The notes under the pieces are model-generated. The model had not been told where the DNA came from. It did no database searches and worked only from the letters and a program-made list of their open reading frames with translations. Below are positions 1 to 9,380 of a stretch of 32,000 nucleotides of DNA, in pieces; positions within the stretch are counted from its first letter, which is position 1, and every line of letters starts with the position of its first letter. The DNA lies in the NCBI RefSeq assembly GCF_000014265.1, contig NC_008312.1, forward strand, positions 1,500,001 to 1,532,000. The letters are read 5' to 3'. The position numbers and the translations under genes are program-made. Origin of the DNA: Trichodesmium erythraeum IMS101. GTDB lineage: Bacteria; Cyanobacteriota; Cyanobacteriia; Cyanobacteriales; Microcoleaceae.

Positions 1-202
1 TTAAATTTATAAAACTATAATGAATAAAGTTATTAAGGATATTTATGAACAAAAAAAACTGAAATAATAATAAATGAACCAGCACTTTTAGCAGAGCTTT
101 ATAAACTATGAGTTTTTAATTAGGCAGGAATATATCAAAACTATATAGGGTTTTTTAAGTTAGGTTGATACAGTTTTTTCTCTTTTCTATACCCTATTTT
201 TC

Positions 203-809
203 TTGCTTACTAATCTTTCATGGAATTTCCATCCACTTCCCCTGCTAAAACAAATAAATTTTGTACCTCAAGAGTTTGGGAATTGCTATATTAATAAATA
301 TTTTGTAGATAACTATATAAAAAAAATAACTAACTATGATAAGTTAATAGAAACAATAGAACATAAAATATTAAATAGCTTAAAATGATTTGTGTTATTC
401 TCCTGGTTCAATATTAATTGAAGATATTTTTAAAGACCACACTCGCGTTCTATTTACAGTTAGAAAAATTAAGCAGTTTGACTTTTTTATTGATGGTATC
501 CCCTTTGACTTCAAAATGACTTATTTCCCTGGAGAATTTATGAAAAAGTAAAGATAAGAAAGAGGTTTAGTCAGTGAAGAATTATCAGCATTGAAAAAAG
601 CAGCTAAATATTTTCAAATACCTTTTGATACTAAGTGTTATAAAAACGATTTAATCATTGACTTAATTACAGTTTTTTATGAAAGTTTAGATGAACAAGT
701 AAAAACGTTTTACAAAAGTATTTTTTCTGCAAGATATGAAATAATTAATCACACAATATCAAATCTTCGCCAATTATTATTTTGGCTTTACGAGAATTAT
801 GGTAGTTAA
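203..809 (+). pseudogene. Possible degraded gene of unknown function. ORF pieces 203-388, about 420-550 and 591-809 are collinear but broken by stops or frameshifts.
   Basis: Adjacent same-strand ORF fragments. The middle piece reads DIFKDHTRVLFTVRKIKQFDFFIDGIPFDFKMTYFPGEFMKK. I recognise no family. Confidence 0.2.
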
Positions 810-1446
810 AGATTAGATACTAATATTTGTTTATTTTTGGTAGTTATAGATCAAAATTATTTGGAATATATTTGAAAATTTAAACGAGATTATAAACTAC
901 TAAAAAGAGAAATCTAAAGTTATCAAGATAACCATAGTTTTAATCTAAATCAACTTTTGATGAAATGGTATTATAAAGGTCAAAACTATCAAAGTTATAC
1001 AGATTTTTTGTTGGCATTTAAGTAAATGTGAGAAGAGTAAAAAAACTCTAAATTTATAAAAAAATTACTGTGGAAAGTTATAACTGTGAGTCAAGCAAAG
1101 CCTATTCCTAAAAAATGTGGCGCACCGAGGGTATCAACTATTGCGTATGTTAGAATAATATTAAATATTACAAAAATTACAACCTATATTCCGTGCCACA
1201 AATATAATGCAAAAGTATTTTTAAGGCATAATTTGGGTTATAGCCTCTTTTCTTACTAAAAACTATTAATAGTCTATATAAGATTTATTTTTGCTTACAA
1301 AATTTATAGTTATTATCAGACAAGGCTTTCAATGGTTAACTTTAAATACTACGTTTTAACATGGGGAATATAGCTTAAAACTTAGAATTAATTATATTTA
1401 AGTTTTTTCTGAATAATGAAGTCTAACTCATTGATAGTGAATAATC

Positions 1447-2566
1447 ATGAAAAATAAAACACTGTCTGATATAAGACAAGAATATAAAGGACTTTACTTT
1501 AAAACAATCTCCAATAAAAAGAGATTCTATTCTCTTTTATCTACACTAAAACGAATATTTAAGATAGGGTTATTTGTAGCAGAAACCTATTTCCACTTTA
1601 TCCTTTTACCAAATTTATGGTTATCAAGAGATTTTTCTCAAGACAAACAAAAGGTATATTTGAGTCGACAAGGAAACTGGTTGCACAAAAAGTTCTTGAC
1701 TATGGGTGCAGTATTTATTAAAGCAAGATAATTTATATCTCTACGACCAGATATTCTGGATGACGAAATCTGCCATAAATTAAAAAAATTATACCAATTT
1801 TATCAACTTCAGCTAGACTTTTAGAAGTCATTTATTATAGAAAGTATACCCATTTCAGGAATAGTAAAAATCTAGATAAATCAATCAGTATAAACTATCA
1901 AAAAAATTTTTAAAACTGCGAGTATAGCTCAATAAAAGGAAGTATTTCAAACAATTTACTGGTTGAAAACTTAAGTTGCACAAAAAGTTCTTGACTATGG
2001 GTGTAGTATTTATTAAAGCAAGATAATTTATGTCTCTACGACCAGATATTCTGGATAACGAAATCTGCCATAAATTAAAAAAATTATACCAATGTTATAA
2101 ACTTCAGCTAGACTTTTAGAAGTCATTTATTATAGAAAGTATACCCACTTTCAGAAATAGTAAAAATTGAGATAAATCAATCATTATAAATTATAAAAAA
2201 AATTTTTAAAAGTGCGAGTATAGCTCAATAAAAGGAAATATTTCAAACAATTTACTAGTTGAAAACTTAAGTTGCACAAAAAGTTCTTGACTATGGGTGC
2301 AGTATTTATTAAAGCAAGATAATTTATGTCTCTACGACCAGATATTCTGGATGACGAAATCTGCCATAAATTAAAAAACTTATACCAATTTTATAAACTT
2401 CAGCTAGACTTTTAGAAGTCATTTATTATAGAAAGTATACCCACTTTCAGAAATAGTAAAAATTGAGATAAATCAATCAGTATAAACTATAAAAAAATTT
2501 TTAAAAGTGCAAGTATAGCTCAATAAAAGGAAATATTTCAAACAATTTACTAGTTGAAAACTTAAA
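1447..2566 (+). pseudogene. ABC1/UbiB-family atypical kinase, N-terminal remnant with an internal segment triplicated
   Basis: ORF 1447-1731 ends ...QGNWLHKKFLTMGAVFIKAR*. The next frame reads SLRPDILDDEICHKLKKLYQ and later ...ASIAQ*KEV...WLKT*V. This matches the conserved ABC1 stretch LGPxFIKxGQxxSxRPDxxP...AAASxxQVHxA...VAVKV. The GQ position is replaced by R plus an in-frame TAA. No downstream kinase core follows, because the next gene starts at 2663 on the other strand. Confidence 0.6.
1681..2566 (+). repeat. Tandem direct repeat, 3 units of 295-296 bp with unit starts at 1681, 1976 and 2272
   Basis: Direct reading. TTGCACAAAAAGTTCTTGACTATGGGTGCAGTATTTATTAAAGCAAGATAATTTAT... recurs three times head to tail with a few substitutions. 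Confidence 0.95.
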
Positions 2567-2662
2567 CAGTAAAAACAGTAAAATAAATTGTGATAATGTT
2601 AGGACTTAATTGAGTAACAGTACAAAAAAGGTTAGTTAAATCTCTCTAAACACAGCACTGTA

Positions 2663-3307
2663 CTATAATTTTTTTGATAAGGTATCTGTTAATTTATCTG
2701 CTATTCCTGAAATCCAATTTTCATCTTGTTTAGTGTAACTGCGAGGTGCATTTGCACCCAAGATCATTACACCATTATTGCCAAGAGGTTGACAAATTAC
2801 ACCTTGGGTATTTTCTGGCAAATAATTAAACTCAATGCGACCTGGATAAACTTTTAAATCTACTAAATAAATAGGTTTTTGCTTACCCAAAACTTGCTTT
2901 AAAATAGTTCCTGGCTTGATGTATGATTCAGATGGTAAAATTCCTCTTCTTAATAAGACCTTCTCTTGATGCCAGATAATAACAGTCTTAGTAACTGTAT
3001 TAGTTAGTAGTAAACTAGAAGCCCAAGCTAGTTCAGTTTTGACTATCTCTGATAATTCTGGCAATAATTCAAATTCTGATTTACCAATTAATTTGACAGT
3101 ATCAGGAGAGCGTGGTTGTATTTGTTGCCAAAGTAAACCAGTCAAAATTAAAAAAGCACTTAAAATTACTCCTACTACATCAGAACGAGTTTGGGAAGCT
3201 AAAAGATTAGGGGTGAAAAATCTATTAGTCATAAGTAAAGTTGCACCTAATCCTCCTGCTATTATAGGAAGCATTCGTAATACTTTATTTTGGTCAGATT
3301 GACTCAT
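2663..3307 (-). CDS. Cofactor assembly of complex C subunit B-like protein (CCB2/CCB4-type, DUF2930; cytochrome b6f heme ci attachment)
   Basis: Intact 214 aa ORF. The N-terminal membrane segment and the motifs SQTRSDVVGVILSAFLILTGLLWQQIQPR, ELAWASSLLLTNT, LYPGRIEFNYLPENTQGVICQP and GANAPRSYTKQDENWI match my memory of this cyanobacterial family. Confidence 0.75.
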   Translation of the reverse strand: MSQSDQNKVLRMLPIIAGGLGATLLMTNRFFTPNLLASQTRSDVVGVILSAFLILTGLLWQQIQPRSPDTVKLIGKSEFELLPELSEIVKTELAWASSLLLTNTVTKTVIIWHQEKVLLRRGILPSESYIKPGTILKQVLGKQKPIYLVDLKVYPGRIEFNYLPENTQGVICQPLGNNGVMILGANAPRSYTKQDENWISGIADKLTDTLSKKL

Positions 3308-3430
3308 ATTTTAAGGAAGACAAAAGAACGTCTTTACAGCTATTAGTTGTCAGTTATTAGATAATCAAAACCCTAGTTTCTAGTTACTAATAATTAGTTA
3401 ACCTTTGAATAGATAACTTTAACTATATTA

Positions 3431-3506
3431 AGACTTACAAAGAAACCGGGTTATGAGAAGTAATTATGGCAATAGACCTAGTTTCTTGTTTGGGTACATA
3501 AGTCCT
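3431..3506. repeat. MITE-like short element with imperfect terminal inverted repeats (AGACTTACAAAGAAAC ... GTTTCTTG..ACATAAGTCCT), just 3' of rpaB
   Basis: Inverted termini are visible in the sequence. The terminus is related to the GCGTAAGTCCT motif seen elsewhere in the window. Confidence 0.4.
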
Positions 3507-3513
3507 GTATATT

Positions 3514-4245
3514 TCAACCAACTTCATCACGTTCAATAATTCGTTGAAATAGATAACCAGTGCCTCGTGCAGTTAAAATCAATTCTGGGTTACTTGGATC
3601 TTCTTCCAACTTAGCCCTAAGCCTAGAAATATGAACATCCACTACTCGCGTATCTACATGACGCTCTGGAGTGTAACCCCAAACTTCCTGCAAAATCTCA
3701 GAACGAGAAAAAGGCTCTCCAGAACGACTTACCAATAACTCTAATAAACTAAACTCCATACCAGTTAGTCTAATTCTTTCATCACCTTTATAAACCTGAC
3801 GTTTATTAGTGTCAATTCTAATAGTGCTGACTTGAATAACACCAGAACTAGGAATACCATTACCACCATTTTTATCGACCCGACGTAATACAGAACGAAT
3901 TCTTGCTTCTAATTCTTTTGGAGAAAAAGGCTTCACCACATAATCATCAGCACCTAATTCTAGACCTGTAATTCTATCTGCAACATCTCCCAAAGCAGTT
4001 AGCATAATTATAGGAATATCTGATTCTTTGCGTAATTCTTGGCAGACACCATAACCATCTAATTTTGGCATCATCACATCTAATACCACCAGATCTGGGG
4101 TTGTATTGTGAAAAGTCTCCAAAGCTTCTTCACCATCAGCAGCAGTAACAACATCATACCCAATCATTGACAGTCGAGTTTCTAAAATACGACGAATACT
4201 TGCTTCATCATCAACAACCAAGATTTTTTCTTTATTATATTCCAC
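3514..4245 (-). CDS. rpaB: OmpR-family response regulator RpaB (Ycf27)
   Basis: Intact 243 aa ORF. KILVVDDEASIRRILETRLSMIGYDVVTAADGEEALETF...DLVVLDVMMPKLDGYGVCQELRKESDIPIIMLTALGDVADRITGLELGADDYVVKPFSPKELEARIRSVLRR is near-identical to RpaB orthologues as I remember them. It has a C-terminal winged-helix domain. Confidence 0.9.
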   Translation of the reverse strand: MEYNKEKILVVDDEASIRRILETRLSMIGYDVVTAADGEEALETFHNTTPDLVVLDVMMPKLDGYGVCQELRKESDIPIIMLTALGDVADRITGLELGADDYVVKPFSPKELEARIRSVLRRVDKNGGNGIPSSGVIQVSTIRIDTNKRQVYKGDERIRLTGMEFSLLELLVSRSGEPFSRSEILQEVWGYTPERHVDTRVVDVHISRLRAKLEEDPSNPELILTARGTGYLFQRIIERDEVG

Positions 4246-5371
4246 TTTTTCTCACACTCCTTAACTAAGGTTTATAATTATATTAATTTTTTTAACTGTA
4301 TCATCAAAATAACAACAAAAATTACTATTTTTTACTACTCCTAAGCTTGGAATTAGTTGAACTTTAGGATTAAAGTTAGGGGGGAGGGTGACAAAAAGGT
4401 TAAAAAGCCTTATTTATCAAGGATTAACCAAAACATGATTAAAAAATACGAGCCTAGATCTTGTTAACAAGGCTTATTTAATAAAAATTAATAAACTACC
4501 TTTATCCTACCATAAACATTTTAAAAGTCAATTAAAATTCAATGTTTGGTTAATGTTGAAAGTTTTGATTGCTATAATTAAAGAACACCGATAGATACGT
4601 TAAAAAACTCTGGCCAACCAAATCCCAAAATATATAAAATTTGAGAGCTGTTGTCCTGCTATGGAAAGGTTTTTATAATGAAAAATACTAAGATTTAAAA
4701 CTTTATAGTTTCCAATTTTAAAATCTTGGGTTAAATAAAACTTTGAAGCTAGGGAAATACTGACAATTATGATAAATATAAAGCATAAAATTGCGTAAAC
4801 TTACTAGTAATAAGCCTAATTTATAACTCTCGTATTAGACCAATTGAAATTACTATTTTTGACTAAAAAGTAATAATAATATTAGGGTAAGTCAAGAATA
4901 TTTATCTAGTTTTTTAGCTTTATTTTGTAATTTCTAAAAAGTAGTTTTAGGGAATAGATAATTTTGTAGTATGTAACTATATGAATTTTCAAAAGGTCAA
5001 GAAAAGACGTATTGTTGTTTGAAATTGAAAAAAAGCTTGGATATAAAAATAAAAACATAACTGTGTATAGCTCTAAAATAATTAGAAATAAAACCGGGGA
5101 TATTTATATATTTACAATGAATACAAATCACTAAAATTAAGTTTTTTACTGATAAATATTATCGAAAATAGAATATAAAATATAGATATAATATAGCAAA
5201 AGAGGCATAATTTATACTAAAAAAATCTGGAATTTATAAATAACAATAAATGTCTCTAAAAAATGAATAGATATTCAATAAATATTCTAGTATTTTAATA
5301 AAGGTATAATTTGGAAGGAACTAAAGTCAAAGGTGAAGGATTAATTTCCATCACATTATTGATAAATTTTG

Positions 5372-5648
5372 CTGACTTTTAATCCTTAATTGTTGGAAAA
5401 ATAACTTGTCAAAAAGGACTAGCAAATCATGTCAATTGTTCAATCGAAAAAGGAAGAAAATATCGACGACATAGCCATTTTTATACAGGAAATAGAGGTC
5501 AATCTTGGTTAAATTCCTTATTCATGTTTGCAGAATAAGTGGAGAATTTGATGGCCAATTACTCTGAAAAACAGCTCAATTATTAGACAGGTAGAAAAGC
5601 TGCAAACCATGTTATGTGAGCTTTTTAGTCTTACCTGTCACCTCTCCA
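5372..5648 (+). repeat. Left copy of a roughly 277 bp inverted repeat flanking radA; it ends about 45 bp upstream of the radA start
   Basis: The reverse complement of 8396-8672 aligns along the whole length at roughly 85% identity by eye. One example is AGGTAGAAAAGCTGCAAACCATGTTATGTGAGCTTTTTAGTCTTACCTGTCACC against its partner. Confidence 0.85.
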
Positions 5649-5692
5649 GGGATTTTTTATATTTGGTGGTGAACATTAACTTATTTTAAGAA

Positions 5693-7246
5693 ATGCCAAA
5701 ACACAAAACAAAGTATGTTTGTAGAGAATGTGGGTATGAGTCTACCCAATTTCTGGGCAGATGTCCTGGATGTAATACTTGGAACTCTCTAAAAGAGGAG
5801 ATAGAACAAACAACTGTAACTGCTTTACAAAGGCTGGGAATAACTGATATTGGTATTGGTTCTCAAGCATCTGAGGGAGATGATTCTTCTGGTCAACCAA
5901 GAGCATCTTTTTTACTATCTCAGATTTCTGACCAAACGTTGTCTAGAATGCCTTCTGGGTTTGAAGAGTTAGACCGAGTGCTTGGTGGTGGAATTGTTCC
6001 TGGTTCCTTGGTGTTAATTGGTGGAGAACCTGGTATTGGTAAGTCTACTCTTTTATTACAAGTAGCTAATCAGTTGTCTAATAGATGTCGGGTTTTGTAT
6101 GTTTCCGCGGAAGAGTCTGGACAGCAGGTGAAGTTACGTTCCCAACGTTTAATTGTTAACTTTAATGAAGCAAAAGTAGAGCATAAGGATAATGTTTCAA
6201 ATGTTGAGATCGATCAGGATTTATCTAATGATGAAAATCAAGAAAATTATGGCAATTCTGAACCTATAAATGATTCTACTACAGATTCAATGGAAAATTT
6301 ATTTTTATTGCCAGAAACAGATTTAGAAGTAATTTTAAGAGAGTTGGAATCTCTAAAACCATATCTAGCAGTAATTGACAGTATTCAAACTATCTATTTT
6401 GCTTCTTTGACTTCCGCTCCTGGTTCGGTTGCTCAAGTCCGGGAATGTACTTCAGCATTAATGCAAGTGGCAAAGCGGGAAAATATTACTTTATTAATAG
6501 TTGGTCATGTAACTAAAGATGGTGCTTTAGCAGGTCCTCGTGTTTTAGAACACTTGGTAGATACGGTTCTATATTTTGAGGGCGATCGCTTTGCCTCCCA
6601 CCGTTTGTTGCGCTCTATGAAAAATCGTTTTGGTGCTACTCACGAAATTGGAGTATTTGAAATGGTGGCTAATGGTTTAAAAGAAATATTAAACCCATCA
6701 GAATTATTCCTCGGAAGTAGGGATGAGTATTCTTCTGGAACTTCTACAGTTGTTTCAATGGAAGGTACTCGCCCCATAGTTGTAGAAATTCAAGCTTTAG
6801 TAAGTCCGGCAAGTCATGGTTCCCCTCGACGTTCTACTACTGGAATTGATGGTAGTAGATTACAACAAATTTTGGCAGTTTTGGAAAAACGGGTAGGCAT
6901 TCCTTTATCAAAGTTAGATACTTATGTGGCGACTGTGGGAGGTTTGAGTGTGGAAGAACCTGCTGCAGACTTGGGGATAGCTATTGCTGTGGTGGCTAGT
7001 TTTCGCGATCGCGTAGTTGACCCCCGAACTGTTTTACTGGGAGAGGTCGGTTTGGGTGGACAAGTGAGACCTGTATCTCAGTTGGAGTTGAGATTAAGGG
7101 AAGCTGCTAAGTTAGGTTTTAAAAGGGCAATTATTCCCAAAGGTCAGCAACCCATGGATTTAGGAATGCGTATTTTGCCTATTGCTAAGGTCATAGATGC
7201 AATTATTGCTGCTATTCCGGCCCAACCTCCTACCATGGAGAATTGA
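5693..7246 (+). CDS. radA: DNA repair protein RadA (Sms)
   Basis: Intact 517 aa ORF with an N-terminal C4 zinc finger (CRECGYESTQFLGRCPGC), Walker A GEPGIGKST, the KNRFG motif and a C-terminal Lon-protease-like domain. It contains two HIP1 sites. Confidence 0.95.
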   Translation: MPKHKTKYVCRECGYESTQFLGRCPGCNTWNSLKEEIEQTTVTALQRLGITDIGIGSQASEGDDSSGQPRASFLLSQISDQTLSRMPSGFEELDRVLGGGIVPGSLVLIGGEPGIGKSTLLLQVANQLSNRCRVLYVSAEESGQQVKLRSQRLIVNFNEAKVEHKDNVSNVEIDQDLSNDENQENYGNSEPINDSTTDSMENLFLLPETDLEVILRELESLKPYLAVIDSIQTIYFASLTSAPGSVAQVRECTSALMQVAKRENITLLIVGHVTKDGALAGPRVLEHLVDTVLYFEGDRFASHRLLRSMKNRFGATHEIGVFEMVANGLKEILNPSELFLGSRDEYSSGTSTVVSMEGTRPIVVEIQALVSPASHGSPRRSTTGIDGSRLQQILAVLEKRVGIPLSKLDTYVATVGGLSVEEPAADLGIAIAVVASFRDRVVDPRTVLLGEVGLGGQVRPVSQLELRLREAAKLGFKRAIIPKGQQPMDLGMRILPIAKVIDAIIAAIPAQPPTMEN

Positions 7247-7273
7247 TATTTTTTTGTTAACAGGAATAAGGAA

Positions 7274-8395
7274 GAAACAGACTATGTTTTTTATAATCAG
7301 CACCCCAAATGTAGGGATTTGTAGTTTTTTTGTATTCTTTTGGAATGCGCAATAGTTAAATATTTTGTTGGTTTGTACTAAAGAAGTATATATTGAAACA
7401 GACTATGTTTTTTATAATCAGCACCCTAAAGGTAGAACTTTGTAGTTTTTTTGTATTATTTTGTACTATTCTGGAATGCGCAATAGTTAAATATTTTGTT
7501 GGTTTGTACTAGAGCGGTGGAAGCTACCAGAGGTGACAGGTAAGGCTAAAAAGCTAACATAACATGGTGTGTTGGTTTGTACTAAAGAAGTATATATTGA
7601 AACAGACTATGTTTTTTATAATCAGCACCCTAAAGGTAGGGCTTTGTAGTTTTTTTGTATTATTTTGTACTATTCTGGAATGCGCAATAGTTAAATATTT
7701 TGTTGGTTTGTACTAGAGCGGTGGAAGCTACCAGAGGTGACAGGTAAGGCTAAAAAGCTAACATAACATGGTGTGTTGGTTTGTACTAAAGAAGTATTGA
7801 AACAGACTATGTTTTTTATAATCAGCACCCTAAAGGTAGGGCTTTGTAGTTTTTTTGTATTATTTTGTACTATTCTGGAATGCGCAATAGTTAAATATTT
7901 TGTTGGTTTGTACTAAAGAAGTATATATTGAAACAGACTATGTTTTTTATAATCAGCACCCTAAAGGTAGAGTTTTGTAGTTTTTTTGTATTATTTTGTA
8001 CTATTCTGGAATGCGCAATAGTTAAATATTTTGTTGGTTTGTACTAAAGAAGTATATATTGAAACAGACTATGTTTTTTATAATCAGCACCCTAAAGGTA
8101 GGGCTTTGTAGTTTTTTTGTATTATTTTGTACTATTCTGGAATGCGCAATAGTTAAATATTTTGTTGGTTTGTACTAAAGAAATAAGCTGATTAGGTGAC
8201 AGGTAAGGCTAAAAAGCTAACATAAATGGTGTGTTGGTTTGTACTAAATAAGTATATATTGAAACAGACTATGTTTTTTATAATCAGCACCCTAAAGGTA
8301 GGGCTTTGTAGTTTTTTTGTATTATTTTGTACTATTCTGGAATGCGCAATAGTTAAATATTTTGTTGGTTTGTACTAAAGAAATAAGCTGATTAG
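7274..8395 (+). repeat. Tandem array of 7 units with starts at 7274, 7395, 7599, 7799, 7930, 8061 and 8261. Short form is 121-131 bp; long form is about 200-204 bp and carries an extra segment of about 70 bp.
   Basis: GAAACAGACTATGTTTTTTATAATCAGCACCCTAAAGGTAGGGCTTTGTAGTTTTTTTGTATTATTTTGTACTATTCTGGAATGCGCAATAGTTAAATATTTTGTTGGTTTGTACTAAAGAAGTATATATT recurs head to tail. Confidence 0.95.
7306..7331 (+). terminator. Hairpin (CAAAT-GTAGGG-ATTTG) plus T7 tract about 60 bp after the radA stop; likely the radA intrinsic terminator and the first copy of the element repeated through the array
   Basis: Stem, loop and T-run can be read directly. The stem is short (5 bp, AT-rich). Confidence 0.45.
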
Positions 8396-8672
8396 GTGAC
8401 AGGTAAGACTAAAAAGCTAACATAACATGGTTTGCAGCTTTTCTACCTCTCTGATAATTGAGCCGTTTTTCATTTTCATTGGCCATCTACTCCTCTGCTT
8501 CCTCTGCAAACATGAACCAGGAATTGAACCAAGATTGACCTCTATTTCCTGCATAAAAATGGCTATATCGTCGATATTTTCTTCTTTTTTCAGTTTTATA
8601 ATTCACATAATTTACTACTCTTTTTTGACAAGTTATTTTTTCAACAATTAAGGATTAAGAGTAAGCTTTTGC
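8396..8672 (-). repeat. Right copy of the radA-flanking inverted repeat, embedded in the tandem array
   Basis: Reverse-complement match to 5372-5648. The track ORF 8427-8651 lies entirely inside it and is probably not a gene. Confidence 0.85.
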
Positions 8673-8678
8673 TGAATC

Positions 8679-8760
8679 ATAGTTAAATATTTTGTTGGTT
8701 TGTACTAAAGAAGTAAGAAAGAAAGAGGCTATGTTTTTTATAATCAGCACTCTAAAGGTT
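8679..8760 (+). repeat. Truncated, diverged array unit distal to the right inverted-repeat copy
   Basis: ATAGTTAAATATTTTGTTGGTTTGTACTAAAGAAGT...CTATGTTTTTTATAATCAGCACTCTAAAGG matches the unit consensus. Confidence 0.7.
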
Positions 8761-9308
8761 TTGCCAATAGTTCCTAATACTAAGTGTAATAGATATTTGT
8801 GACAAATAGGTAGAATATTTTTTAATAATTAAAAACTTAATACTCACAACTTAGGATGAATTGCTTCGGTCTCATTTCTGAGTTTATAGCTGATATTTTT
8901 AGTCAAAGGGATATCTCATCTAATACTAAGTTTAATAAATTTTTGCTGCAAATAACTAGGGAATTTTTGAATAAGAATTCAGGTATCTAAAACCCAGTGA
9001 TCAAGAGATTTATGAAAACGATTCACTGATTAATTTAACAGTCTTATTGTCAATAATTAGGAAAATAAAGGCTTATAGGCATCGAAAAATTGAAAATAGG
9101 ATTTTGAAGGAAGTTGTCAGAAATACTCATCCATCAAAATTTATAGGCTTTTCCATAGGACCTGAATTTTTACAAAAGCATAGACACTTGAGATACTAAG
9201 ATAAATGACTTTCCCTAACTCCATTATCTCGCTTTAAGAGATTCTTTTGTTATCAAAGCAGTTTTTTTGATTGAATATATAATAGGAAATAATTTATTTT
9301 TACGAAGA

Positions 9309-9348
9309 GAAAAAAGTCAATTAAAATAAGTAATTACTGACTTTTTTT
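9309..9348 (-). terminator. Imperfect hairpin (AGTCAATTA...TAATTACTGACT) flanked by an A-run and a T-run; candidate bidirectional intrinsic terminator 3' of the dehydratase gene
   Basis: Read directly. On the minus strand the hairpin is followed by TTTTTT about 30 bp after the stop codon. Confidence 0.5.
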
Positions 9349-9380
9349 GTTGACTACTGTTAATCTTTTTTATTTTTTTT

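Noticed and set aside
3039-3302. 87 aa ORF on the plus strand
   Set aside because: It lies entirely antisense within the well-supported CcbB-like CDS, so it is a shadow ORF.
7284-8390. A 35 aa hydrophobic ORF in each array unit (MFFIISTLKVGLCSFFVLFCTILECAIVKYFVGLY), considered as a repeated toxin-like or membrane peptide
   Set aside because: T-rich sequence yields F/L/I-rich ORFs by composition alone. The ORF reads straight through the hairpin plus T7 element. The unit length is not a multiple of three. It remains formally possible but has no supporting signal.
8427-8651. 74 aa ORF (MVCSFSTSLIIEPFF...)
   Set aside because: It lies wholly inside the right inverted-repeat copy, and the left copy does not keep the frame open. 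The composition is low-complexity and hydrophobic.
7274-8760. CRISPR array
   Set aside because: The units are contiguous direct repeats of 121-204 bp with no unique spacers, and no cas genes are in the window. The same applies to the arrays at 1681-2566 and 15098-16979.
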